Source: Patescibacteria group bacterium (GTDB taxonomy: Bacteria; Patescibacteriota; Minisyncoccia; Phycocordibacterales; PALSA-1337). Taken from it: a stretch of 64,000 nucleotides of DNA. Shown one piece after another: positions 37,860-47,773 of this stretch. The position numbers and the translations under genes were made by a program. The stretch spans positions 1,801-65,800 of the forward strand of contig JBBTYL010000001.1 of the NCBI GenBank assembly GCA_038061795.1, written 5' to 3'. Each line of letters starts with the position of its first letter. Position 1 is the first letter of the stretch. Below the pieces are notes generated by a model. That model was not told the DNA's origin. It was given only the letters and a program-made list of their open reading frames with translations, and did not search any database.

Positions 37860-37902
37860 TTTTGTGTGTAAGATATTTTTTTAGCCTGTTTTCTCTCTTT
37901 GC

Positions 37903-38811
37903 CTAATCGAAGATCTTAATAAGGTATTCATCAATATCCCGCTGGTCAAGTTCGTAGAAAAACTTGCCGTCGTCATGAAGGTCATCAGCAAGATCGACCC
38001 CGACAAATCGCCAATGCCACGGCTCATATTGGTAATAGGCATTGCCTTTGGGGTAAGAAAGAATGAAGCCGTACTTATGCGCGTTTTTTACTAGCCATGC
38101 ATATGCAGCCGTCTGATCGAACGCTATCTCAGCGCTTTTCAGAGCAGGTGTCGTGAAATCGACGGCTGTTCCAAGCTGGTGCTCCGAATATCCTTGCTCT
38201 GCAGAGAATTGGTTTGCCGTGCCGGCGCCGTAGACAACCTTATACTGAGACTTGAGAGTCTGCTGGTATTGGAATGACCGATATCCTGACAGTATCTTTA
38301 TATCTACGCCTGCTTTTTTTGCATCCTCAAGCATGTCAGTGATATATGTGGAAACTTCGTCAAGCATCTGGACGCCTTTGGATGGATCAGCGAGGAAATT
38401 CGTGCCAATATCGTCAAGCTCTGGCGGAACGTAGTTTTCGCTCAGGAAGTAAACCTTCGAGTATTTTTTTAAGAGCTCCGGATCAATGGTTGTCAGCTTG
38501 GTGAGCGTATCGATCTTCCTTTCGTTCCTCCTCCTTTCTTTTTCCAAAGCAACGGTCTTTTTTTGTTCATCGCTGAGTATGTTGGAAAGATTCTCATTGT
38601 CTTTTTTTGATTCGTCAAGATCAGCCAGCAGCCCAGTTATCCTCGCTTCGAGCGTGCTAGTGCTGATGGCATATTCAGCGCGGATTTCGCGAAGATCTGC
38701 AAAAAGATTGCCAGTGTAATATGCCCACCAGTTTATTCCTATAAAAAAAATAACGGTCAGAGCTACAATAATCCAATCCTTTGCGCTAAACTTGGGCATT
38801 TTGAATTTCAT
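37903..38811 (-). CDS. VanY-like M15 D-Ala-D-Ala carboxypeptidase, membrane anchored
   Basis: SGYRSFQYQ, EHQLGTAVDF and EPWHWRFVG motifs. Confidence 0.88.
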   Translation of the reverse strand: MKFKMPKFSAKDWIIVALTVIFFIGINWWAYYTGNLFADLREIRAEYAISTSTLEARITGLLADLDESKKDNENLSNILSDEQKKTVALEKERRRNERKIDTLTKLTTIDPELLKKYSKVYFLSENYVPPELDDIGTNFLADPSKGVQMLDEVSTYITDMLEDAKKAGVDIKILSGYRSFQYQQTLKSQYKVVYGAGTANQFSAEQGYSEHQLGTAVDFTTPALKSAEIAFDQTAAYAWLVKNAHKYGFILSYPKGNAYYQYEPWHWRFVGVDLADDLHDDGKFFYELDQRDIDEYLIKIFD

Positions 38812-38884
38812 GGCGATATTATAACACTAACAAGCGGTATGCTTACGTTGACATTTTTTTAAATAATTGTATTATATTAGCAGT

Positions 38885-39085
38885 ATGCATGACTTATCGA
38901 ATTACCCGCTTTGCAGAAGTTGCAAACCGGAGGTTGGTACTCACCAGTGCGAGAAAAAAGGATGCACATGCATAGCATGTAAAGAAGCTGACGAACAGGA
39001 TTCGAGATTGCGGGGGTTGAATGATCTTGTTGAGAAGAAGAAAAGACACCGTCGTCGCTTCAGGCCTCTAGATCGCTTGAGATAA
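38885..39085 (+). CDS. Small Cys-rich, arginine-tailed protein
   Basis: Own TTGACA promoter (38848-38853) and a CCGGCAGAG/CTCTGCTGG terminator. Has CxxC...C...CxC..C. No family recognised. Confidence 0.5.
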   Translation: MHDLSNYPLCRSCKPEVGTHQCEKKGCTCIACKEADEQDSRLRGLNDLVEKKKRHRRRFRPLDRLR

Positions 39086-39158
39086 AATCGGACTCCCATT
39101 TCAGCCGGCAGAGCGAACCTCTGCTGGTTTTTCAATAAAATTGATTATGAAAGAGAGC

Positions 39159-40577
39159 TTAATTCCTGCTTTGGATGATGCAATTTTTCGTACAAAATTC
39201 CTCGAATCTGAAAGTTTCTATGATCTTGTCTGCGAGAGGCTTGGATTTAGGAAAATCAGCGATACCGTTCCTGTATTCGATGAGATAGGCTCTACCTTCG
39301 TTCATGACTATGACTGAATCTGTGGTCTGCTTAATGTAAGTTCTTCCTTCGTCGAAAGTCCTGAGTCGGTTATATTTTACCTGGTATGCCGGTCTGCCAA
39401 GGAAGGTGATTTTCTTGGACTCCACTTCGCCCGTCAGATCCTTTTTAATTTTAGGTAATTCTTCCAATATGTAATCGATGTACTTATCAAGATTTGTGTT
39501 CTGGGGATTATGATTTGGCGTTATGGCAACGCTTGGACGTATCCCGTCAGTGGTATATGGAGCAAAAAAGAATGTAGTGGACTCGAGATACTCGATCGTC
39601 CAATAATCCGGATAGAGTATTGACCAACCATTTGCTGGATCCATAAGCGTCTTGAGCTTAGCGTTCTCTGATTTAAGCTCGCCTCTTTCGTTGAGCGGAA
39701 TCCATAGAAGGTAATCAAGCTCAGTATTGGAGCGTCCGAAGAATAACTGCAGTAGCATCTGCATTACTTCATCGCGTGACTTCCCGCTTTCCTTGATCGT
39801 TTTAGCTAGTTGCCGTTCTATCTCAGCACCCTGCTCGTTTATGGTTGTCGCGTAATCAACTTTCCAGGAATTATTTTCTCTTATGAGTGTCAAGCCGATT
39901 GAGACCTGCTCGAGGCTTTTTGATGCGACAAAAACAGTATTTGGACCCTTACTTTCAAAGGTTAAGCCAAGGTCGTAGAAATTCGGAGAACTCATCCATG
40001 TTGAAGTTCCCATTTTTACGGCTTGTGTAATCACATCAGAACTAGTTATTTCGAGTGTTGAAGAAGCCGCAGCAATTCTTATAAGCAATACCGTCGCTAC
40101 GGTGCTGAAATCTTTTTTCAGAAGTTCTTCTTTTGACGAAGTCCTGGCAAGATTGAAAAGGGAATCAAAATAAATTTTTGACTTATTTGAAACGTAGGAA
40201 TTTGCAGTCGCCCCATCTTTTTTGCTGATAGAGATCAAAAATCCGTATATTACAGAAGTGATTTGTGACCTGTCATCAGCAGAAACGCTTTCGATAGGCT
40301 TAACCTTTATAATTTCTGGCGCCGACCCAGGAACCTTTATTGGTATTGTCGCCACTGGCTTTGTAGTAGTACTCGTCGTGTTTATAGCTGGTTCAGCCTT
40401 CTTGATAAGCAGCTCTCCATCTGGTGTTGGCAGTTGCTCGATCCGAACAGACGCATTTTTTGTGCTGCTGAATATCTTCCAAGTTAGCGGGTTCCACCAC
40501 ACTGCGAGGGCGCTAGTGGGGAGCAAAGCCATTACGCAAATAATCGTAATAAAAAGAAAAGGAAGTATCTTTTTCAT
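39159..40577 (-). CDS. Secreted hypothetical protein (472 aa)
   Basis: Signal peptide MKKILPFLFITIICVMALLPTSALA. No family recognised. Confidence 0.75.
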   Translation of the reverse strand: MKKILPFLFITIICVMALLPTSALAVWWNPLTWKIFSSTKNASVRIEQLPTPDGELLIKKAEPAINTTSTTTKPVATIPIKVPGSAPEIIKVKPIESVSADDRSQITSVIYGFLISISKKDGATANSYVSNKSKIYFDSLFNLARTSSKEELLKKDFSTVATVLLIRIAAASSTLEITSSDVITQAVKMGTSTWMSSPNFYDLGLTFESKGPNTVFVASKSLEQVSIGLTLIRENNSWKVDYATTINEQGAEIERQLAKTIKESGKSRDEVMQMLLQLFFGRSNTELDYLLWIPLNERGELKSENAKLKTLMDPANGWSILYPDYWTIEYLESTTFFFAPYTTDGIRPSVAITPNHNPQNTNLDKYIDYILEELPKIKKDLTGEVESKKITFLGRPAYQVKYNRLRTFDEGRTYIKQTTDSVIVMNEGRAYLIEYRNGIADFPKSKPLADKIIETFRFEEFCTKNCIIQSRN

Positions 40578-40666
40578 GTGATTTGTTATTATCCAGAACT
40601 ATAGCATGCAGTATACAAAAGAAAAACCCGCTGTGTTCGCACAGCGGGCTTCGTTGAAACTGAAAA

Positions 40667-41263
40667 CTATTTCTTCGCACCTGGCTTGTCAGAGGTGGGC
40701 GGTGCATCAGACGCTTCTGGACTCTTCCTGATAAGGAAGGCTTCGATGCCAACCACCACAAAGTGTGGTGCAAGAATCTTGCCGAGTTCGTCGAGGGGTG
40801 AATTCATATCCCCACGGCTGTTGTCGTCACGGCAGACAACCTCGAAATCCTTGCGGATGCCGAAGACGCGCTTGTCTTCGGGTGTTTTGAAATCAAGACG
40901 GAGAGTCGAAAAGAAAACGCCGTTCAAGATTTTGAACTTCAGGCCTGGTTTACGTGCCGCATCAATCAGCGCTTCCAGATCCTTGGCATATTTTTCACCG
41001 ATTGCTGACGGTAGATTCGTGCCGTGCCGCTCGCAATCAATTTCAAACACATCCTCGTTGTCGTGAAGCTTTTGGACAATGTCTGCTAATTCCAAACGAT
41101 ATTGTTCGCGTAGCGCCCAAAGGCGTCGTGCGGCAGGCGAGAGAAAGCCGAGTTTGTGATCATTAGCATCGGCGACCTTCCAACTGTCTGCTGGGATTGA
41201 TTCGGGATTGATTTCTTTCAGTGCGTTAAGCAGCTGATCAAGACTGGGGATCGATGAGTTCAT
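40667..41263 (-). CDS. Hypothetical protein (198 aa)
   Basis: ORF followed by the strong terminator AAGCCCGCTGTG/CACAGCGGGTTTTT. The promoter lies inside repeat C1. Confidence 0.65.
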   Translation of the reverse strand: MNSSIPSLDQLLNALKEINPESIPADSWKVADANDHKLGFLSPAARRLWALREQYRLELADIVQKLHDNEDVFEIDCERHGTNLPSAIGEKYAKDLEALIDAARKPGLKFKILNGVFFSTLRLDFKTPEDKRVFGIRKDFEVVCRDDNSRGDMNSPLDELGKILAPHFVVVGIEAFLIRKSPEASDAPPTSDKPGAKK

Positions 41264-41312
41264 ATCAAGTTTCTGTCAAATAGATTTTTACGAAGCATCC
41301 CACAAGGGAAGC

Positions 41313-41369
41313 CTGTAAAATCCAATGGTACCATAGAGTACAGTAACTTGTATTTGTGGTTTTGTCAAT
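41313..41369. repeat. Repeat C copy 1 (promoter/leader module with ATGGTACCAT palindrome)
   Basis: 45/55 nt identical to 43659..43713. On the minus strand it reads TTGACA-N17-TACTGT followed by ATGGTACCAT (41325-41334). Confidence 0.8.
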
Positions 41370-41467
41370 AATTGATTTGTGCGAATAAGAGTTTATTATT
41401 ATTCTCAGCAGCACGTTGAGGACTGTTTTCTTGATGGGGATCTGCTAGTTGGTTGTTCGAAGGTTGT

Positions 41468-41713
41468 ATGAAAACAAACAACAGTTCAGATGCTGGCGCA
41501 TTGACGTTTCCAGTGAAAGACACGGATTTCGTCAAATCCAGCTATTCGCATCCGGGCGGTATCATTACCCGGTGCGTGTCGGTTGCAGTAAAGCCTGAGG
41601 GCGTTGCTATTCGGGATACAAAAGATCCCAGCAAGGCTACTCAGTTCTACACTCGAGAAGAGTGGAATGCCTTCATTAAGGCAGCCAAGGCTGGAGAGTT
41701 CGACCTCAAGTAG
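41468..41713 (+). CDS. DUF397 domain protein
   Basis: FVKSSYS...CVSVAV...VAIRDTKDP...FYTREEWNAFIKAAKAGEFD matches the DUF397 pattern. Confidence 0.7.
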   Translation: MKTNNSSDAGALTFPVKDTDFVKSSYSHPGGIITRCVSVAVKPEGVAIRDTKDPSKATQFYTREEWNAFIKAAKAGEFDLK

Positions 41714-41802
41714 TTGAGTCAGTTATCTCAGAAAAAGTTAATTACAGGGCGGGAGCACACATGTGCCTACCGCCTCTTGTTTTTATTAGTGCCTTAATTT
41801 TG

Positions 41803-42318
41803 TCATACATCATCTTTGTAAAGTATTTTGAGTCTTTCAAGTCCGCGGTGCACTTGAACTGCCATTGTATTTTTTGTAAGTCCTGTAGCAGCAGACATTT
41901 CAGCCAAAGAAAGATCTTGCATGTATCGCATGTGAATTATTTTTCGGTAGGTGAGGGGAAGTCGTTGAATGAGTAGTGCAGCCGCTTTGCCATCGATTGA
42001 ATTGAAAAGCCTTTCAGAATCATCTATACTCGGTTCGAACCCATTCTCGACAAGAATTTCGAGAGAAACAACTTTTCGTTTGCGGTACTCGTCGATTATC
42101 AGGTGGTTGAGCACATGATAAAGAAATGCTTTCATAACATCGATTTTGCCACCTTTGGCCATGTATTTCCAGGTTTTAGTAAAGGTATCTTGGACGAGAT
42201 CGCTTCCCATCACTGAATCGCGCGTCTTGAAAAAGGCATGCAGATTGAGGCCTCTGTTGAAATCATGATAAGCTGCGGTCAATTTGATCTGACGCAGAGT
42301 CTTTTCCTTGAGAGTCAT
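41803..42318 (-). CDS. ECF-type sigma factor
   Basis: Region 2 (DLVQDTFTKTWKY) and a region 4 HTH (LSLAEMSAATGLTKNTMAVQVHRGLERLK). Confidence 0.85.
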   Translation of the reverse strand: MTLKEKTLRQIKLTAAYHDFNRGLNLHAFFKTRDSVMGSDLVQDTFTKTWKYMAKGGKIDVMKAFLYHVLNHLIIDEYRKRKVVSLEILVENGFEPSIDDSERLFNSIDGKAAALLIQRLPLTYRKIIHMRYMQDLSLAEMSAATGLTKNTMAVQVHRGLERLKILYKDDV

Positions 42319-42406
42319 TGTCTTAGTTTAAGCCGTGTAAGGCCATGTCTTATTACATAGCATAGCACTATTGTAATGATATAGCTTGACTGACGGCATT
42401 CGTTGT

Positions 42407-42976
42407 ATGGACACAAACAAAAAACATATCGAGGACGTAGTTGGTTCAGATTTTTTTGAGCGATCATGGCAGGAGAGTTGGACGTATATAAAGACAGTTG
42501 TCGACGTTGTGCACGAGCCGATCCTTATTCTCGACAAGGATTTGCGCGTGATGGTTGCGAACGGTCCCTTTTATCAGACATTTCAAGTTGAGGAGAAAGA
42601 CACAGAAAAGAAAATTGTATATGAGCTTGGAAATGGGCAGTGGAATATTCCAGCGCTTAGGAAGCTTCTCGAGGATATTTTGCCGAAGAATACTTTTTTT
42701 AAGGGATTTGAGGTGATACACGAGTTTCCAGTTATTGGTCAAAAGGTTATGATCCTGAATGCACGTCGGATTTACAAAGACGATTCGAGTTCTGGATCGT
42801 TTCCGCCGATTATTCTTCTTGCGATGGAGGATATAACAGAGATGATGTCGGTCGCAAAGAAACTTGCCGATCACACCCTTCAATTTGAGGTTCAGTTGAC
42901 TGAAAGGACAGGGAAACTTGAGTCAAATCTTGAGAAATTAGAAAAAGAAATGATCGAGCTCCGAAAAAAGTCGTAA
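42407..42976 (+). CDS. PAS domain protein with a C-terminal coiled coil
   Basis: ILILDKDLRVMVANGPFYQTF...ILNARRI PAS-fold pattern. The ORF-track TTG start at 42386 is also possible. Confidence 0.7.
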   Translation: MDTNKKHIEDVVGSDFFERSWQESWTYIKTVVDVVHEPILILDKDLRVMVANGPFYQTFQVEEKDTEKKIVYELGNGQWNIPALRKLLEDILPKNTFFKGFEVIHEFPVIGQKVMILNARRIYKDDSSSGSFPPIILLAMEDITEMMSVAKKLADHTLQFEVQLTERTGKLESNLEKLEKEMIELRKKS

Positions 42977-43036
42977 TGCTTTTACGAAAGCAACGGCATC
43001 TATAGTAGTGAGATTAATAATTAATAACTAATAAAA

Positions 43037-43399
43037 ATGAAAATATCAAAAATTGCTTTGTTTGGAATGACGTTTGTTGTTGCTACAGCAGCAGTATTCG
43101 TCACAGCAGCACAAGCTCGTGCAGAATCGCCTAACATCCTCGTCGGTCAGGATCTGGCACTTGGTTCATCAGGTCAGAGTGTTGTTGTACTTCAGGCACT
43201 TTTGTCTGAGATGGGATATCTCAATGTGCCGGTTGGTATTCCATTGGGATACTATGGTTCAATGACAAAGAATGCTGTCGCAGCATATCAATCAAGAATT
43301 AATGTCTATCCAGCTGTTGGATATTATGGAGATCTGACAAAGAGTGCGATGCGATCTGATTTTGCTTCCCATGGGTATTTAAGGATTCTGGGCTGGTAA
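43037..43399 (+). CDS. Secreted peptidoglycan-binding domain protein
   Basis: Signal peptide plus PG_binding_1-like LGSSGQSVVVLQALLSEMGYL...YGSMTKNAVAAYQ. Confidence 0.75.
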   Translation: MKISKIALFGMTFVVATAAVFVTAAQARAESPNILVGQDLALGSSGQSVVVLQALLSEMGYLNVPVGIPLGYYGSMTKNAVAAYQSRINVYPAVGYYGDLTKSAMRSDFASHGYLRILGW

Positions 43400-43420
43400 T
43401 TTGCGAATACTACTAAAAAT

Positions 43421-43570
43421 ATGCTAACCACAATCGCAATCATACTCATCGCATTATGGCTCCTCGGTTTTGTAAGTGCTTACACGCTCGGCGGATTCAT
43501 TCATATCCTCCTCGTTGTGGCAGTCGTCATGATCTTGATCAGAGTGATACGTGGAGAAAAAATAGTTTAA
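43421..43570 (+). CDS. lmo0937-family small membrane protein (49 aa)
   Basis: LWLLGFVSAYTLGGFIHILLVVAVVMILIRVIRG matches the family signature. Below the ORF-track cutoff. Confidence 0.7.
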   Translation: MLTTIAIILIALWLLGFVSAYTLGGFIHILLVVAVVMILIRVIRGEKIV

Positions 43571-43573
43571 AAG

Positions 43574-43605
43574 AAAAAACCACTGGGATCATTCAGTGGT
43601 TTTTT
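43574..43605. terminator. Bidirectional rho-independent terminator
   Basis: AAAAAACCACTG-ggatcatt-CAGTGGTTTTTT. Confidence 0.8.
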
Positions 43606-43658
43606 CATGGTTAAGTTACAAGTCTGATTGGATTGTTTGATAGTGCAAAAAAGTAATC

Positions 43659-43713
43659 TTGTAAAATCCTATGGTGCCATTGAGTACAATAACTTATATT
43701 TGAGGTGTTGACT
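43659..43713. repeat. Repeat C copy 2
   Basis: 45/55 nt identical to 41313..41369. The palindrome is degenerate here (ATGGTGCCAT). Its right end supplies the csoR -35 box. Confidence 0.8.
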
Positions 43714-43736
43714 TTAATACCCCATGGGGGTATTAT
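43708..43736 (+). promoter_or_regulatory. csoR-copA promoter with a CsoR-type operator
   Basis: TTGACT (43708-13), 17-nt spacer, TATTAT (43731-36). The spacer is the GC-rich inverted repeat ATACCCCATGGGGGTAT (43717-43733). Confidence 0.8.
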
Positions 43737-43744
43737 AGCTACAT

Positions 43745-44011
43745 ATGAGACAAGACATAAAAACAAAAGCCATTCGGCGATTAAAAATTGCAGAGGGACA
43801 AATCCGGGGCTTGCAAAAAATGGTCGAAGATGAAAAGTACTGCATTGATATTATTACCCAGGCTTCGGCTATCAAGGAGGCGCTTATTGGGATCGAGAAC
43901 CTGTTGCTTGAGAATCATTTATCTACGCACGTAGTCCACCAAATGATGCATGGCAGCGAGAAAAAGGCCGTCGACGAGATTCTTAAGGTTTATAAGCTAA
44001 AAAGAAAATAA
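43745..44011 (+). CDS. csoR: Copper-sensing repressor CsoR
   Basis: [28 protein letters not shown] with the conserved Cys and a downstream His/Cys-region pattern of the CsoR/RcnR family. Confidence 0.88.
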   Translation: MRQDIKTKAIRRLKIAEGQIRGLQKMVEDEKYCIDIITQASAIKEALIGIENLLLENHLSTHVVHQMMHGSEKKAVDEILKVYKLKRK

Positions 44012-44013
44012 TC

Positions 44014-46308
44014 ATGCACATCAATACATATAGAGTAAAAGGAATGCACTGCGCTTCGTGCGCTGGCATTATTGAGAAGACTTTCAAGAAGGCAGAAGGG
44101 GTCCACTCCGCTGAGGTCAATTACGGCACTGAAAAGGCAAGAGTGGCATTCGATGAATCAAAAACAAGCGCACAAGAACTTTCAAAGAAAATAGAACCAC
44201 TTGGCTATTCGCTAGAAGTTCTTTCGAGTGCTGAGGAAATGGGGATGTCTGCGGATGAACATGCGGCTCATCTTGGTACTGGTCAATCAAAGAAAGAGAG
44301 GCTTGCGGAAGTTGCTGATATGAAAACAAAAGTACTCTCCGCGTTACCTTTGGCAATTTTTGCTGCGCTAGTTATGGCTTGGGATATTCTCGCTCAGTAT
44401 AAAGCTGTCCCTGAAATGAGTTACACGATTAAGGAGTTTATACACCATCTCCTACCGATATTAGCTACATACATTCTGTTTGTTGTGGGAAAGCCTTATC
44501 TTGTGGGATTTTATAGATTCCTTCGATACGGAAAGGCAAACATGGATACTCTGATCGGTATCGGAACTACGGCCGCATTTTTATATAGCTTTGCGGTTAC
44601 CGCTTTTGAAGAAGCGCTTCGCCCGTTTATAAACGTGGATTACCAATACTATGACGTAACGATCGTGGTTATTACTTTCATTGCTCTCGGAAAATATCTT
44701 GAGGCACGATCAAAAATAAAAACAGGCGATGCCATAGAAAAACTCCTCAATCTACAGGCCAAAACCGCTTTAATTATTCGTGATGGAAAAGAAGTTGAGA
44801 TTTCAGTGAATGAAGTGAAGCACGGTGATCTTATTATTGTTAAGCCTGGAGCCAAGATTCCAGTCGACGGTGTCATAACCGAAGGGTCATCTTTCATAGA
44901 TGAATCCATGGTTACCGGAGAACCGATGCCGGTCCAGAAAAAAGTTGGAGATAGTGTTGTATCCGGGACTATCAACACAAGCGGTTCATTTACATTTAAA
45001 GCCACAAAAGTCGGGTCAGAAACACTCCTCGCTCAGATTATTAAAATGGTTGAAGACGCCCAAGGCAGCAAAGCTCCGATTCAAGCCCTTGCAGATAAAA
45101 TCTCGTCTGTCTTTGTGCCAATCGTTCTGGTGATTGCCTTCCTTACGCTTGGTGCGTGGCTCATTTTTGGATCACAGTATCTAGGATTCTCTCAAGCCTT
45201 ATCGTTTGGTCTCGTCTCATTTGTTGGCATTCTTGTGATCGCTTGTCCATGTGCGCTCGGTCTTGCCACGCCTACAGCAATTATTGTCGGAGTTGGCAAG
45301 GGTGCAAAAGAAGGAATCCTTATCAAGGATGCGGCTACGCTAGAAAAGCTGCACAAGGTAAATACAGTTGTAGTAGACAAGACTGGTACGATCACTAAAG
45401 GTAAGCCGACGCTCGTTGATATACAAAATCTTTCAAATTTCAAAGACGAAGAACTTGTGTCGATTCTCGCCTCACTTGAAAAGAAATCCGAACATCCTAT
45501 CGCTCATGCAATAGTAAATTACGCGCAGGAGAAAAAAATAAGCATTAATGATGTTTCAAGCTTTGAGGGCATACAAGGCAAAGGACTCAGGGGAACAATC
45601 AAAGATACTGAATATTTTGTTGGTAACGCAAAACTCGTGAGTGATCTTAAACTTCCATTTGATGCAGCGAAGCTCGATGCGTTTACTTCCCAAGGAAAGA
45701 CACCAGTGATTCTCGCTAACAAAGAAAAGGTTCTTGGTTTTGTGATGGTTTCTGATGAAATAAAGGCGGAGTCAGTCGAAGCGGTAAAGAACCTGCACAA
45801 GCTCGGAATAAAGGTTGTCATGCTTACTGGTGATGATGAAAAAGCTGCAAAATATATTGCGTCACTTGTTGGTATTGATGATGTTGTCGCTCATGTGTTG
45901 CCACAGGACAAGCTCCGAAAGATAAAAGAGCTCCAGTCGCAAGGTCGCGTGGTTGCGATGGCCGGAGATGGTGTAAACGACGCTCCAGCGCTTGCTCAAG
46001 CAGACGTGGGCATCGCTATGGGGACTGGAACAGATGTAGCGATAGAGTCTGCTGGCATCACGCTTCTTGGCGGAGATATTTCTAAGCTGGTGAAAGCGAT
46101 TAAGCTTTCAAAAATCACCATGCGTGGAATCAAACAGAACCTCTTCTGGGCGTTTATCTACAATATTGTTGGCATACCGCTTGCAGCAGGGGCATTGTAC
46201 CCAGTTTTCGGATGGCTCCTGAACCCCGTCTTTGCAGGCTTTGCTATGGCCATGTCGTCAGTATCCGTTGTGTCTAACTCGCTTCGAATTAAAACCAAAA
46301 AATTATAA
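44014..46308 (+). CDS. copA: Copper-translocating P1B-type ATPase
   Basis: N-terminal HMA GMHCASC, TM CPC motif ([11 protein letters not shown]), DKTGT and GDGVNDAP. Confidence 0.95.
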   Translation: MHINTYRVKGMHCASCAGIIEKTFKKAEGVHSAEVNYGTEKARVAFDESKTSAQELSKKIEPLGYSLEVLSSAEEMGMSADEHAAHLGTGQSKKERLAEVADMKTKVLSALPLAIFAALVMAWDILAQYKAVPEMSYTIKEFIHHLLPILATYILFVVGKPYLVGFYRFLRYGKANMDTLIGIGTTAAFLYSFAVTAFEEALRPFINVDYQYYDVTIVVITFIALGKYLEARSKIKTGDAIEKLLNLQAKTALIIRDGKEVEISVNEVKHGDLIIVKPGAKIPVDGVITEGSSFIDESMVTGEPMPVQKKVGDSVVSGTINTSGSFTFKATKVGSETLLAQIIKMVEDAQGSKAPIQALADKISSVFVPIVLVIAFLTLGAWLIFGSQYLGFSQALSFGLVSFVGILVIACPCALGLATPTAIIVGVGKGAKEGILIKDAATLEKLHKVNTVVVDKTGTITKGKPTLVDIQNLSNFKDEELVSILASLEKKSEHPIAHAIVNYAQEKKISINDVSSFEGIQGKGLRGTIKDTEYFVGNAKLVSDLKLPFDAAKLDAFTSQGKTPVILANKEKVLGFVMVSDEIKAESVEAVKNLHKLGIKVVMLTGDDEKAAKYIASLVGIDDVVAHVLPQDKLRKIKELQSQGRVVAMAGDGVNDAPALAQADVGIAMGTGTDVAIESAGITLLGGDISKLVKAIKLSKITMRGIKQNLFWAFIYNIVGIPLAAGALYPVFGWLLNPVFAGFAMAMSSVSVVSNSLRIKTKKL

Positions 46309-46310
46309 TC

Positions 46311-47345
46311 ATGAATACTCAAACTCTCAAAACATACACTTTCCACGTACATGGCATGCACTGCAACGCGTGTGTGCTCATGACAGAAAGCGAGATTGGC
46401 GACCTGCCGAATATCACCCATGTCAAATCGAGCCTGAAAAACCACTCTGTAGAGGTCACTGGAGACTTTGGTGATAAAACACTAGAACAAATCGCAGATG
46501 ATCTTACTGTGCCGCTTAAATCTCACGGCTATACTGTTTCGGTTGAGAAGCAACAGCATAATGCAAAGTGGGGAGATTTCAAGATTGCAGTCCCGATCGC
46601 ACTCGGCTTTGCTGTGCTCTTTGTTGTGTTGCAGAAAATGGGAATTGTGAATCTGGTGAGTGCAGGCAACGTCACATACGGTACAGCATTTGTGATAGGT
46701 ATCATTGCCTCGCTCTCAACATGCATGGCGGTCGTCGGCGGGCTGGTTCTCTCAATGTCGGCCACATTCGCCAAGGAAGGCGACAAAGTACGGCCGCAGC
46801 TCATGTTCCATGGTGGCCGTATTGCCTCGTTCTTTATTCTCGGTGGCGTAATCGGCGCAATCGGGTCGGCATTTACGCTCAATGCCTACGCAACCTTCGC
46901 ATTGAGCCTTATCATCGGTGTCGTCATGCTTATTCTTGGAATCAATCTTCTTGATACCTTTCACTGGGCCAAGAAACTTCAGCCATCGATGCCAAAGTTT
47001 ATTGCAAAGCATGCTCATGGAGTATCAAAATTCAATCATACTCTAACGCCACTACTTGTCGGTATTGCTACGTTCTTCTTGCCATGTGGGTTCACGCAGT
47101 CAATGCAGCTCTACACCCTTACGACGGGGAGCTTCCTTACTGGAGGACTCACTATGTTGGCTTTCGCTCTCGGTACACTCCCGGTCTTGGCACTCATCGG
47201 TTTCAGCTCATTCAGCATTCAAAAGAGCTCCAAAGCTGGAGTGTTCTTCAAGACGGCCGGATTGATCGTAATCATGTTTGCAATCTTCAACCTTGTAAAC
47301 AGCTTGGCGGCAATCGGGGTCATATCGCCGGTATTCAATTTCTAG
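46311..47345 (+). CDS. HMA domain fused to a TauE/SafE- or DsbD_2-like membrane protein
   Basis: N-terminal GMHCNAC metal-binding domain, then 6+ TM helices with Cys-containing motifs (LSTCMAV, FFLPCGFTQ). Confidence 0.75.
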   Translation: MNTQTLKTYTFHVHGMHCNACVLMTESEIGDLPNITHVKSSLKNHSVEVTGDFGDKTLEQIADDLTVPLKSHGYTVSVEKQQHNAKWGDFKIAVPIALGFAVLFVVLQKMGIVNLVSAGNVTYGTAFVIGIIASLSTCMAVVGGLVLSMSATFAKEGDKVRPQLMFHGGRIASFFILGGVIGAIGSAFTLNAYATFALSLIIGVVMLILGINLLDTFHWAKKLQPSMPKFIAKHAHGVSKFNHTLTPLLVGIATFFLPCGFTQSMQLYTLTTGSFLTGGLTMLAFALGTLPVLALIGFSSFSIQKSSKAGVFFKTAGLIVIMFAIFNLVNSLAAIGVISPVFNF

Positions 47346-47358
47346 TATAATTATAATC

Positions 47359-47748
47359 ATGAAAGCAATTATTGTTTCAATCATAGCGGCAGCGGCCATT
47401 ATCGGAGGAGCACTCATTTTTGCTAATGGAGGGACTTCGTCTAGCGGCGCCGTACGGGCAAATAATGTCAGTATCGTCGATGGAAAGCAGATTATAGAAA
47501 TACAGGCAAAGGGAGGGTACCAACCCAGAAAGAGCACAGCCAAAGCTGGTATTCCTACGATTATCCGCTTCAATACAAAAGGGACATTCGATTGCTCATC
47601 CTCGGTCCGGATTCCAAGCTTGAATATAAGTAAAGCTCTTCCTCAATCCGGATCGACGGACATAGATATCGGCGTCGGTAAAGTCGGCGTACTCAAAGGT
47701 TCATGCGGCATGGGGATGTATCCGTTCGAGGTGGAATTTCAAAGCTAG
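47359..47748 (+). CDS. Membrane-anchored cupredoxin-like domain protein
   Basis: N-terminal TM helix. GYQPRKSTAKAGIPTIIRF...CSSS...GSCGMGMYPFEVEF resembles cupredoxin_1/EfeO-type domains that co-occur with copper ATPases. Confidence 0.65.
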   Translation: MKAIIVSIIAAAAIIGGALIFANGGTSSSGAVRANNVSIVDGKQIIEIQAKGGYQPRKSTAKAGIPTIIRFNTKGTFDCSSSVRIPSLNISKALPQSGSTDIDIGVGKVGVLKGSCGMGMYPFEVEFQS

Positions 47749-47773
47749 ATTATTATTAATTTGAGTCAAAAGC

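Noticed and set aside
37380-37860. An apparent repeat region in the anti-sigma gene 3' half.
   Set aside because: It is K/E/D-rich low-complexity coding sequence and not a discrete tandem repeat or CRISPR-like array.
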